A stretch of DNA of 64,000 nt from Sulfolobales archaeon HS-7 (lineage in GTDB: Archaea; Thermoproteota; Thermoprotei_A; Sulfolobales; Sulfolobaceae), in assembly GCA_019704295.1 (NCBI GenBank), contig AP024596.1, positions 1,984,001 through 2,048,000 of the forward strand, read 5' to 3'. The notes beneath the pieces were generated by a model. The model saw only the letters and a list, made by a program, of their open reading frames with translations, was not told the origin of the DNA and searched no databases. This document shows, piece after piece, positions 31,316 through 40,361 of this stretch (position 1 is its first letter; every line of letters begins with the position of its first letter). A program made the translations under genes and the position numbers.

Positions 31316-31742
31316 TGTTACAGCGAGAACTGAAATAAGGCCTTCCGAGATGGAAGAGAAGGTAATTTTAGCAATTAATAACGTATTTATTTATAAAAGT
31401 ATTAAGAAAACGAAAGATGAATTAGGATACATAATAGATGCGAAATCAGATAGTTTAGCTTCATTGACTAAAATACACAAAATGCTTAGAGAACAAAGAA
31501 TCCTCGATTCAGCCAGAAAGCATCTTTTTAGGGGAGTTGGTGAAGGAAAGCTAAAATTTATGATAAATAAACAAGCAGCATATAAGGGTATCTTAGTTTT
31601 CGCGGACGATCCAAATGAATCCCCTTTAGGTCCTATTACATTTATTGTTGAATACGTCGAACCTAAGAGTGTTATTGATTGGTTAGCACCGAAGACCTCG
31701 AACGGTAAACCGTTATGGGATAGACCTATTCCAGAATCTTGA
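31308..31742 (+). CDS. UPF0201/DUF54 RNA-binding-domain protein
   Basis: RPSE..EKV, LREQRILDSAR, NKQAA, SPLGPI, WLAPKT..GKP. Confidence 0.88.
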   Translation: MTNVTARTEIRPSEMEEKVILAINNVFIYKSIKKTKDELGYIIDAKSDSLASLTKIHKMLREQRILDSARKHLFRGVGEGKLKFMINKQAAYKGILVFADDPNESPLGPITFIVEYVEPKSVIDWLAPKTSNGKPLWDRPIPES

Positions 31743-31776
31743 TAACAAGCTAAGGTTTTCTAATAGCCTATAATTT

Positions 31777-31940
31777 GGGGCAGTTCATGGGTTCTTTGCA
31801 AATTCAGTTTAGTTAGAAAAATAGAATGAATTTAATTGAACGAACCTAGTTGACTAGGTAGACACCCACGGTCTATAGCTTCCTTTATTTGACCTATCTT
31901 AGCCATAATTACAATTCGCAATTGACACACGAATCGTCCC
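31777..31940 (+). mobile_element. SM4-like MITE, 164 bp
   Basis: Imperfect TIR; TATAATTT directly flanks both sides (31769-31776, 31941-31948). Confidence 0.87.
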
Positions 31941-32165
31941 TATAATTTGACATTCTGTTCTTCAATACTATTTAATATATATCTTGATATATAGAAAATT
32001 TATTCATAAATTTTGATTTTTCAGATAAGATTAGGAAAAAGCTATATCAGGATTTTTGATATACTATCTTAATTGGAGTTAAGGAGGGCCCGCAAGGGTA
32101 TGGACGGATAACTTTCTGATGTTTAAATAAGAGTTTGGATGTGATATATCGGTAACAATTAGCTA

Positions 32166-32328
32166 GCAGGATTCAGGTTTCCATTGCAAATTGTAATTAT
32201 TGTAAATAGTGATTAAATAAAGTAAATTGTTAAGAGCAAATCTATACCTAGTCCACTCGATAGGACTCAATTAAATTCACTCCATTTTTCTAAACAAACA
32301 GGATTCACAATGAACGTGTGCACGGTCC
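32166..32328 (-). mobile_element. SM4-like MITE, 163 bp, inverted orientation
   Basis: Reverse complement of the 30506/31777 copies; flanks ATTAGCTA/ATCAGCTA. Confidence 0.85.
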
Positions 32329-32336
32329 ATCAGCTA

Positions 32337-32527
32337 CGGAGTCACCGAGAAGTCTAAGCAGGGACTATGTGGTAGACCTCTGCACCATTTAGTAGTTCAA
32401 TATGGGGGTGCCATATGTTTACATTAGTGCTTGGTGTTGGAACAGTCCTTAATGCCTGTAGAGTCCTCTACCCCTTGGACAAGTAGATAATTAAGGACAC
32501 AAGTTCGTGGGTGATAGAGTAGTTTAC
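32337..32527 (+). mobile_element. Non-autonomous IS200/IS605-derived remnant (right end)
   Basis: CTAAGCAGGGACTATGTGGTAGACCTCT shared with about 50285; TGCCTGTAGAG; ends TAGTTTAC overlapping the rnz stop. Confidence 0.6.
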
Positions 32528-33393
32528 TTGAAGACTAGCTTTGAAAGATCTTCTGGTAAAATGGTTCTAGGAAATATTCTCTTAGCCTCGGTTAAGAGAG
32601 GGGTAGTATCGTGATACCTCGAACTGATATGGATTAAGGCTAACATTCCCACTGATGCATTTAACGCAGCCTTGGCTGCGTCTCTACTCGTCGAGTGACC
32701 AAACTCAGCGGCTGTTTCCTCGTCTAAGAACGTCGAGTCGTGAATAAGTAGATTTACCCCCTTAACGTTTTGTAACACTTCGCTACAGTATCTAGTATCC
32801 CCTGTATAGGCTATTGATATACCCTTAATTTTGTACGTTATGTATTCGACAGTAGAGGGACTAATATCCGCATGATAGCCAGTTTTAATTTTTCGGAATA
32901 AATTCCAGTCCGATATTCCAAGTTCCTTTGCCTTATTTATATCTATTTTTATTTTATCCCTTGTTCTAATTATATATCCTTGTGATTCTATAGTATGACA
33001 AGTGGGAAAGGGCGTTATTGAGAATTCCTTTGTCTCGAGAGAAGATTGAAATCTTATGTCAAATTGAGGCTTAAAAAAAGTCCCTGAGGATGAAGACTCG
33101 ATAAAATCCTGTATAGTACGAGGACCAATTATTACTAATTCCTTTTTCCTACCTAATAGTCCCATGGTTTCTAAAAGACCTGTAACGCCCAATACGTGAT
33201 CTCCATGCATGTGTGATATAGCCAATACATCTATATCCATTGGGCTTATTGATGCCTCTGAAAGCCTCTCTTGAACACCTTCACCTGCATCCAAAAGGAT
33301 CCCCACTCCTTCAACCCTTACGAATACTGCTGGCAACTTTCTATATTTAGAGGGTGCACCTCCTCCCGTTCCTAGAAAGATGATCGAAATCAA
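32524..33393 (-). CDS. rnz: Ribonuclease Z
   Basis: FLGTGGGAP, DAGEG, SHMHGDH, YTGDT, HDST, GHST, HISSRY. Confidence 0.95.
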   Translation of the reverse strand: MISIIFLGTGGGAPSKYRKLPAVFVRVEGVGILLDAGEGVQERLSEASISPMDIDVLAISHMHGDHVLGVTGLLETMGLLGRKKELVIIGPRTIQDFIESSSSGTFFKPQFDIRFQSSLETKEFSITPFPTCHTIESQGYIIRTRDKIKIDINKAKELGISDWNLFRKIKTGYHADISPSTVEYITYKIKGISIAYTGDTRYCSEVLQNVKGVNLLIHDSTFLDEETAAEFGHSTSRDAAKAALNASVGMLALIHISSRYHDTTPLLTEAKRIFPRTILPEDLSKLVFK

Positions 33394-34310
33394 GGTTTTT
33401 TCACCACATATAGGACACGTGTCATACTCTTATGCGTATAAAGATAGTGAGTTCTTAATAAAGTAAGACCGTATTCCCTTATGTCGTCTCCCCAAAAATA
33501 TTTGGAGTCGCTAAGGAAAACCAAATATCCATTTGGAGGTAATACTTCTGCAGAATAACTAAAGAGCGAGTGGAATACGTCCCTTAACAAACCTTCAATT
33601 TTTGTCGACCTAGCATAGGGCGGATCTGTTCCAATACCGTCTATTCTGAAAACGTTAGAAGTTTGTATAGTACCGAGAAATACATCACAATTACATTTAA
33701 AATGTCTTAAGTTTTCTACGGATTTCGTTAATATCTCTCGGTTAAAGTCGCTTCCAATGCACCATATTCCTTTCCAGGAAGCCTCAATCAGCGTGGAACC
33801 TAAACCTGAAAAAGGATCGTAAAATGTTTTTTTGGCACGTGATACATTCACTAAAATTCTTGCTAAGAATGAATTTAATGAGCCAGACTGAGAAAATGGT
33901 TTCTTACTATGACTTAACAAACTTCTCGTATCTCTAGAATCTCTTCTCTTTCCTACTATAGTTAAACCATCTGTAAAGAAAATATCATATGAGGGGCATG
34001 ATGTATTTTGAGATACTGTTGTAAATAAATCTATATACTTCTTTTTAGCATCTTCTTTCTTATCGTTAATGTTATGAACCGAGATATTAGCACATAGCCC
34101 TTTAATGGCTTCTATTGCATCTTTTTCATCGTTGGTTAGCAAAATAACATCACCACTGTACTTTATTGATGCGGATTTATGTGCGATATACTCGTTACCC
34201 TCGTAAAGTATTACACTGGAAAGAAGAGTGAATTCTTGCACTTCTGAGAGCGCCATAAATTCCTCTACGCTTACTGAGGGGTAGTCCATCTTTACATGAG
34301 CATATTTCAT
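33390..34310 (-). CDS. tRNA m2G10 methyltransferase (Trm11/TrmG10-like)
   Basis: DPFSGLGS SAM motif, TDPPY, THKSMTR. Confidence 0.85.
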   Translation of the reverse strand: MKYAHVKMDYPSVSVEEFMALSEVQEFTLLSSVILYEGNEYIAHKSASIKYSGDVILLTNDEKDAIEAIKGLCANISVHNINDKKEDAKKKYIDLFTTVSQNTSCPSYDIFFTDGLTIVGKRRDSRDTRSLLSHSKKPFSQSGSLNSFLARILVNVSRAKKTFYDPFSGLGSTLIEASWKGIWCIGSDFNREILTKSVENLRHFKCNCDVFLGTIQTSNVFRIDGIGTDPPYARSTKIEGLLRDVFHSLFSYSAEVLPPNGYLVFLSDSKYFWGDDIREYGLTLLRTHYLYTHKSMTRVLYVVKKP

Positions 34311-35164
34311 AGCTGTTGTACTATTAATGGGGAGATATCTATTACTTTGCCATATACAGTTGGGATTGTGTTAGTTACTATAACCTCTGATATACCGCTT
34401 TGCAAAAGTTTATTATAGTTTACTTCATTTAACAGAGAATGAACAGCTACCGCTATTACTTTCTTTGCTCCCATCATATTTTTCGCAACATTCGCTATTG
34501 TGGTCCCGGTACTTATTATATCGTCTACTATAATTACTTCTCTTTCCTTAAAGTCGAACTGAGGTATGTTAGTGATTTTAACCTCTCCTGTCACTCTATC
34601 CCGTTCTTTTTGTACTTCGATAACTTCTGCACCAATCTTACTTGCAAACCTTAGAGCCCGGCTTTTAGCTCCCCTATCTGGTGCCACAACTAATGGATCA
34701 TTAAGGGATAACTGTTCTGCCAAATACGGAAAGGGATCAATTATTTTAACAGTACCACCGAAAAAAGTCATCTCGTCATAAGAATGAGGTTCAACTACTA
34801 CAATCGATTTAGCCCCTAGAGCATACATTAACTTTAAAACTGTTTTTATGCTTATGGCTTCACCCTCTCTAAATCGTTTATTTTGTCTAGAATACGCCAA
34901 ATAGGGAATAACCGCAGTAATGTTTTGGATACCCAACTCCACTAAAGTGTCTAGTAATAATTCTAATTCTACGAGATGTTTATTCTGGGGCGGATAAAGG
35001 GATTGAATTATAAGAACGTCTTTATCATAAATAAATTCGGGTACTCGAATATAGGACTCCCCGTCTGGAAATACCCTATGTTCAACCTTAACTAGTTTAA
35101 GTTGTATTGCCTTCGCTATATTCTCGTCTATTCCATTTGTAGCAGTTCCTCCTACTATAATCAC
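34307..35164 (-). CDS. prs: Ribose-phosphate pyrophosphokinase
   Basis: FPDGE, PYLAYSRQ, APDRGA, VDDIISTGTT. Confidence 0.96.
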   Translation of the reverse strand: MIIVGGTATNGIDENIAKAIQLKLVKVEHRVFPDGESYIRVPEFIYDKDVLIIQSLYPPQNKHLVELELLLDTLVELGIQNITAVIPYLAYSRQNKRFREGEAISIKTVLKLMYALGAKSIVVVEPHSYDEMTFFGGTVKIIDPFPYLAEQLSLNDPLVVAPDRGAKSRALRFASKIGAEVIEVQKERDRVTGEVKITNIPQFDFKEREVIIVDDIISTGTTIANVAKNMMGAKKVIAVAVHSLLNEVNYNKLLQSGISEVIVTNTIPTVYGKVIDISPLIVQQL

Positions 35165-35200
35165 GCTTCATTTAAACTCACTTAAAAATAAAAACGTTAA

Positions 35201-35965
35201 GTGAGATACTGTTATGTGTACTACGTAGCGGTTACTGGGACTGCTGGTGCTGGAAAAACTACTTTCGTTGACGCTTTCTCACGATTTTTAGAAGGAAGTA
35301 ACCTGTCATCATACATAATGAACTTAGATCCCGCGGTTGAGAACCTTCCATATGTACCGGATTTCGATATAAGACAGATAGTTGATGCCAGATCCCTTTC
35401 CACCAAATATTTACTAGGTCCTAACGCTAGTCTTATCGCTTCTTACGATATGTTAGTTATTAAGGCAAAGGAGATCAAGGAGAATTTAGAATACGTAGAT
35501 GAAGATATAGTTCTTATAGACACGCCGGGGCAAATCGAACTTTTCGCATTTAGAAATAGTGGTCGCGGACTGCTTAATCTAATTGCTGAGAACACTCCTA
35601 TTATCAACTTATTTCTGATCGACGCTTCTCTAGCTGTACAGCCTTCCTCATTCATTTCCCTCTTTCTATTAGCTAACTCAATTAAATTTAAGTTACAATT
35701 ACCACAGATAAACGTGATCTCCAAGTCCGATTTATTAACTTTAGATGAAATTAGAAAAATTGAAGCGTGGATAAAGGGTGAGGAAATTTTAACTGAGTTA
35801 GGAACTCTTGATGAATATTCGTTAGAATTAGCAGAGACTGTAGTTCAAAATTTGGAGGGACGAGTTATCTTTATATCATCCACGAAAGAGTCAGGTTTTG
35901 CTGAACTTTATGGAGCATTAGAGAACTCCCTCGCAAGAGACATGTGGGATAAAGATGATGAATGA
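35201..35965 (+). CDS. GPN-loop GTPase (start perhaps GTG near 35216)
   Basis: GTAGAGKTT, NLDP, LGPN, DTPGQIE, SKSD. Confidence 0.93.
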   Translation: MRYCYVYYVAVTGTAGAGKTTFVDAFSRFLEGSNLSSYIMNLDPAVENLPYVPDFDIRQIVDARSLSTKYLLGPNASLIASYDMLVIKAKEIKENLEYVDEDIVLIDTPGQIELFAFRNSGRGLLNLIAENTPIINLFLIDASLAVQPSSFISLFLLANSIKFKLQLPQINVISKSDLLTLDEIRKIEAWIKGEEILTELGTLDEYSLELAETVVQNLEGRVIFISSTKESGFAELYGALENSLARDMWDKDDE

Positions 35966-36190
35966 ACTAATGCGCCACCCTTACGATCAGAGCCTCCCCT
36001 TTATGATGGAGATTTTCGTTTCTCAGAGAGACCTGGTTACCCCTTCATCCACAGCGGAGGTTCCATCAAACTGAACCGTTCAGTAATGCCCCGCGCGGAA
36101 GAAGGGTTTCGAAGGATTTTTCTCTGCAGAAGTGCTAGTTCCCCAGCCTCAAGGGTACTGACTAGGCTCTTACAGCCTAGGTATAAGGGA
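35962..36190 (-). mobile_element. IS200/IS605 right end / omegaRNA-like remnant without tnpB
   Basis: Inverted homolog of 15940-16161 (shared TCTCAGAGAGACCT, GAACCGTTC.GTAATGCC, GGTACTGAC); ends TAGTTCAT over the GTPase stop. Confidence 0.65.
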
Positions 36191-36891
36191 TATTATGGGA
36201 TTCGGGCTTCATTAGTTTTTCATTGAATTTAATATTCAATGCTCAGCCCTCGGACTTAGCCGAAATCACGAAACAGTGCCCAATGCATAATAAATATAAT
36301 CTACTTTATTAACTAGATTTCTACAGAAAAAATAAGTTCGAAGAATCCAACTAATGTGATAATACTTAACGAGAATTACGCCTACGTTATACCATTGTCA
36401 CAATTTACCGAGACGTAATCCCCCCAGACACAGTGTCAAATGTGTAATACACGTCATTTACTTAAAAATTTCAGGATACAGGAATAACTTACCCTACACT
36501 GCTCGATCAGGGCGATAATACAGGGAATTCCTGAATGATTAAACTCCTTTGCTAACTTCCTAAGGTTGAAATATCCCGCAATATCCTCAGTAAACTTTGA
36601 ACTTATTATGTTGAAAACTTCATTTTTAGTTCTGTTCATTAAAAGATATATAGTTACTTGTGGTTAGTTACAATTAACTAATTTTATATTATTTCTTTTT
36701 ATATAATTAAATAAATTTAATTCCATAGAGACATATTTTATAACTTTTTAGTTTATTTAGTAATTTTATTAATTATATATTGGACATTATGGCGTGGCGA
36801 TGTTAATTGACACTATGCTTAAAGTTTACCGTAATATTTATTACTGAACGCCCCCATTAAGTTAAAAATAGGATTAAGCTAGATTTAAGAT

Positions 36892-37629
36892 ATGGAGTTT
36901 AAAGTGTCCGATGCACAATCGTTAAACGCCATAATTAAGACTCTTGGGAATTTTATCCCCGAGGCAAATTTTATTGCTGAAAAAGATGGGATTAAATTCT
37001 ACGGCATAGATCCAGCAAAGGTTTGTTATCTCAGGCTCTTACTTTCATCATCATTTTTCGATGAATATAGAATAGATTCGGATAGGGAAGAATTCGGATT
37101 TAAGTTAGAGGACCTCTCTAAAATTCTCTCAAGGACAGAAAAGGAAGATAAAGTTAGTCTGAAAGTTCAGTCTGGGATAGCTACAGTAACGTTTGATGGC
37201 TTCGCTGAAAGGACGTTTAATTTAAATAGTATAGCCCTTTCATCCTCTGAGAATAAGCTTAATATTAGCTACCAGTTTTCAGCTAGACTTCGGAGTGGAC
37301 TTTTCGGAGATATCATAAGTGAAGTCAGTAATGTAGGCGAGGTAATAACTTTTACCGGCTCTGAAAACGAACTTGTAATTTCTGCTAAAGGTGATTTAGG
37401 AGAGACGGAGATTACTCTTGATAATCGAGTAAATGGATTTTTAGGTATTGAACAAGGAGGTTTAGGGAAATCCTCACATTCTGTAGAGTATCTAGAAAAG
37501 CTAAGTGGTTTAGAAAAGGCATCTGACGTATTGATAATAAGTCTTAGTGATAATATGCCTCTTCGACTCAAATACGAATTACCACAAAGTGGATATTATG
37601 AGATATACATCGCCCCAAGAATGGATTAA
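36892..37629 (+). CDS. pcn: DNA polymerase sliding clamp PCNA
   Basis: GIDPAKV, NMPLRLKY, YIAPR; upstream of priS. Confidence 0.93.
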   Translation: MEFKVSDAQSLNAIIKTLGNFIPEANFIAEKDGIKFYGIDPAKVCYLRLLLSSSFFDEYRIDSDREEFGFKLEDLSKILSRTEKEDKVSLKVQSGIATVTFDGFAERTFNLNSIALSSSENKLNISYQFSARLRSGLFGDIISEVSNVGEVITFTGSENELVISAKGDLGETEITLDNRVNGFLGIEQGGLGKSSHSVEYLEKLSGLEKASDVLIISLSDNMPLRLKYELPQSGYYEIYIAPRMD

Positions 37630-38467
37630 CATAACTAGGCAAATATTTAGAGAATATTATTCGAGTGCGAATTTTCAACTTCCTGACGATATGAGTCTTA
37701 GAGAGTTTGCCTTTCAACTTATGGATAGAGAGGGATATGTACGAAATCTTCAGTTCTTAACTCAAGAACAATTCAAGAACTTCGTTAGAGAGAACATTCC
37801 TTTTCACATGTTTTACTCCGTCGGTAAATATAGAAATCCAGCCTCTAAGGAATTCGAAGATATGAACTGGCTAGGTTCTGACCTACTTTTCGATTTAGAT
37901 GCAGACGAAATTTGTGAAGGTAATCAAATTTCTTTAAATAACGCTCAAATGAGTTTACAATACGTCGATTTGACGGTAGAATGCCTTAACAAGGTTTACG
38001 CTCAGGCAAAACAGTTGAGGGATATAATAGAGAACGATTTTGGGTTGAATTATACAATACATTTTTCTGGAAATAGAGGATTTCACGTCGTAGTTTACTG
38101 TGATCTCTATTGTTCTCAATTAACGAATAAGGAAAGAAAGGAGATAGCATATTATGTCAAAACTAAGGGAATAGCTATCGATGAACAAGTTACCATTGAT
38201 ATCAGGAGGCTTATAAGAATACCAGGTTCACTTAATGGGAAAGCAGGTCTTTTAGTAACAATTGTTGAAGATAATTTCATCCCCTCGTTTAATACCCTAA
38301 GTCCGTTTACAGAATTTATCGCAACTTTCCTTCCATATTTCCCTTTAAAAATCTCTCCATTAGGATTTAAAGTAGAAATGATAGCGAACCAAAGGATTAA
38401 AATTCCTCTTTCTGTGGCATTATATCTACATCTTAAAGGACTTGGTGAGATCATTGCCTACACTTGA
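37547..38467 (+). CDS. priS: DNA primase small subunit (likely ATG near 37598)
   Basis: LREFA, FDLDAD, FSGNRGFH, DEQVT.D..RLIRIPGSL. Confidence 0.94.
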   Translation: MIICLFDSNTNYHKVDIMRYTSPQEWINITRQIFREYYSSANFQLPDDMSLREFAFQLMDREGYVRNLQFLTQEQFKNFVRENIPFHMFYSVGKYRNPASKEFEDMNWLGSDLLFDLDADEICEGNQISLNNAQMSLQYVDLTVECLNKVYAQAKQLRDIIENDFGLNYTIHFSGNRGFHVVVYCDLYCSQLTNKERKEIAYYVKTKGIAIDEQVTIDIRRLIRIPGSLNGKAGLLVTIVEDNFIPSFNTLSPFTEFIATFLPYFPLKISPLGFKVEMIANQRIKIPLSVALYLHLKGLGEIIAYT

Positions 38468-38930
38468 TGAACTACTCCAAAAGGAAATAGCAACTAAAAC
38501 GCTTGTAACCCTTAATGAGGAATCTTTTTTGAAAACAATAATGGAAAGTAAAAACTACATAAACGCACTCAGCGAATTACACTCTTCCGTAGAAAATACC
38601 CTTGAAGAGTTTGCACTATCGCTTTTTGAGTTGAGGTTGTCAAAGTTCCTTGAGAATGCTACAATGGAGAGCTTTGACAACATATTCTTCAATATAATAA
38701 GGAATGTGGAGAGTTTTTATATAAAATTGATCTCTGGTAATATGATTACGGTACAAGGTAAAGTACTTTCGAAAGTAGTATCTAATATTATGATTGGTAA
38801 AATCGTGCTTAATAAGGATGAACTTGTCGTATTACCAATAGGTGATGCGGTTAGGCTCACAATAGCAGGATATATAAAGCCGTGTACATTAAATGATAAT
38901 GATTCCAATGAAAGTTCCAAAGAGTGTTAA
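38442..38930 (+). CDS. gins15: GINS15 subunit
   Basis: ELRLSK and C-terminal B-domain; conserved position between priS and rpl44e. Confidence 0.75.
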   Translation: MVRSLPTLDELLQKEIATKTLVTLNEESFLKTIMESKNYINALSELHSSVENTLEEFALSLFELRLSKFLENATMESFDNIFFNIIRNVESFYIKLISGNMITVQGKVLSKVVSNIMIGKIVLNKDELVVLPIGDAVRLTIAGYIKPCTLNDNDSNESSKEC

Positions 38931-39195
38931 TACATACTGCCCTAAGTGTAGGGAGTATACAGAACATGAGATAAGGCTCTATAGAGGAGGCAAGAGGAGA
39001 AATTTAGCAGAGGGGCAAAGGAGATATGATAGGAAGAATGAAGGGTATGGAAGTACGCGGAAGCCGATACCAAAGAGGTTCGCTAAAGTCACTAAAAAAC
39101 AGTTGCTTTTATATAGGTGCAAAAAATGCGGATATACTATAACTAAAAGAAGAGGAATGCGATTAAAGAAGCTTGAAATAAGCGAGGTAGGATAA
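38893..39195 (+). CDS. rpl44e: 50S ribosomal protein L44e (likely ATG at 38908)
   Basis: MKVPK..TYCPKC..TEH, GQRRY.RK..GYG, CKKCG. Confidence 0.96.
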   Translation: MIMIPMKVPKSVNTYCPKCREYTEHEIRLYRGGKRRNLAEGQRRYDRKNEGYGSTRKPIPKRFAKVTKKQLLLYRCKKCGYTITKRRGMRLKKLEISEVG

Positions 39196-39392
39196 TGAAA
39201 AAGAGTCGAATTCCCATTCCAGAACCAAAAAGTAAATTCCTAAGAATAAAGTGTCCTAACTGTTCGAATGAACAGGTAGTTTTCAGTCACTCCTCTTTTC
39301 AAGCAAGGTGTACTGCATGCGGGACTATTTTAATCGAATCTCGTGGTGGACAGGCAAAAATTTTAGGTGAAATAGTGAAAGTGATGGCATGA
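39195..39392 (+). CDS. rps27e: 30S ribosomal protein S27e
   Basis: PKSKFLRIKCPNC..EQVVFSH..C..CG. Confidence 0.96.
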   Translation: MKKSRIPIPEPKSKFLRIKCPNCSNEQVVFSHSSFQARCTACGTILIESRGGQAKILGEIVKVMA

Positions 39393-40180
39393 TACTAAGA
39401 AGAGCTTCTTTACCGACGGAAGGGGAATTAGTAGTTGGTACTGTAACTAAGGTGTTTGACTACGGTAGTTACTTAGTTTTAGATGAGTATAATAACTTAC
39501 AAGCTTACCTACCTTGGAGTGAAGTAGCAAGTAAATGGGTTACTAACATAAAGTCGGTGATAAAGGAAAAGCAAAAAATTATAGTTAAAGTAATTAGAGT
39601 AGACCAAAGGAAAAATAGTGTTGACGTCTCCCTAAAGAAGGTCAACGACGACGAGAGGAAAAAGAAACTGTTAGCATGGAAAAAGGCTCAAAAGGCTGAT
39701 AAGATCCTTGAAATAGTTGCAAAGAAGCTGGGAAAAACTGAAAAGCAAGCATATGAGGAGGTCGGTTGGAAACTAGAGGATAAATTTGGTGATATAATGA
39801 AAGGTCTAGAAAACGCAATTAAAGACAATGGGAAAACATTGGAGGAGCTTCAGGTTCCTGAAGTGTGGGTAAAACCTTTGCTAGAAGAGGTATCTAAACA
39901 CATAGAGGAAAAGAAGTTTAAGGTCACTAAGACTGTTGTCTTTAGGGCTTTTGGTGAGAAAGGAATAGATGATATAAAGAATGCCTTTATTAAATCGATT
40001 GAGGAAGTCCCCAAGGAATATCAAGTTAAGATATATACAATTGGAGCACCTAGATATAGAATAGATGTTTTAGGAGAGGATGTTAAAAAGGCAGAAGTTG
40101 AAGCTGAAAGGATAATAAAAAATTTAAAAACGATTACCTATAATAATGAACATTTTGAATTTAAAGTATTAATCAAATAG
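39389..40180 (+). CDS. eif2a: Translation initiation factor 2 alpha subunit
   Basis: S1 domain LP.EGELVVGTV, VDVSLK, IGAPRY. Confidence 0.96.
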   Translation: MILRRASLPTEGELVVGTVTKVFDYGSYLVLDEYNNLQAYLPWSEVASKWVTNIKSVIKEKQKIIVKVIRVDQRKNSVDVSLKKVNDDERKKKLLAWKKAQKADKILEIVAKKLGKTEKQAYEEVGWKLEDKFGDIMKGLENAIKDNGKTLEELQVPEVWVKPLLEEVSKHIEEKKFKVTKTVVFRAFGEKGIDDIKNAFIKSIEEVPKEYQVKIYTIGAPRYRIDVLGEDVKKAEVEAERIIKNLKTITYNNEHFEFKVLIK

Positions 40181-40190
40181 TGGTTAACTA

Positions 40191-40361
40191 ATGAAATGGA
40201 AAATAAGATTTTGTAAGAAGGATAGGATATATACTTTAGAAGAGACGTGTACAAAGTGCGGTGGAAGAACAGCTATACCGCATCCTACTCGTTTTTCTCC
40301 TATAGATAAGTATGTAAGATATAGAATAGAAAATAAGTTAGGGAAAAAAATAGATTGTTAG
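40191..40361 (+). CDS. nop10: Nop10, 56 aa; not in ORF track
   Basis: Hand translation [45 protein letters not shown]... Confidence 0.95.
   Translation: MKWKIRFCKKDRIYTLEETCTKCGGRTAIPHPTRFSPIDKYVRYRIENKLGKKIDC

Noticed and set aside
30506-31940. MITE-bounded composite transposon carrying the kinase and DUF54 genes
   Set aside because: Each MITE has its own target duplication, indicating independent insertions, and the cargo is core genes.
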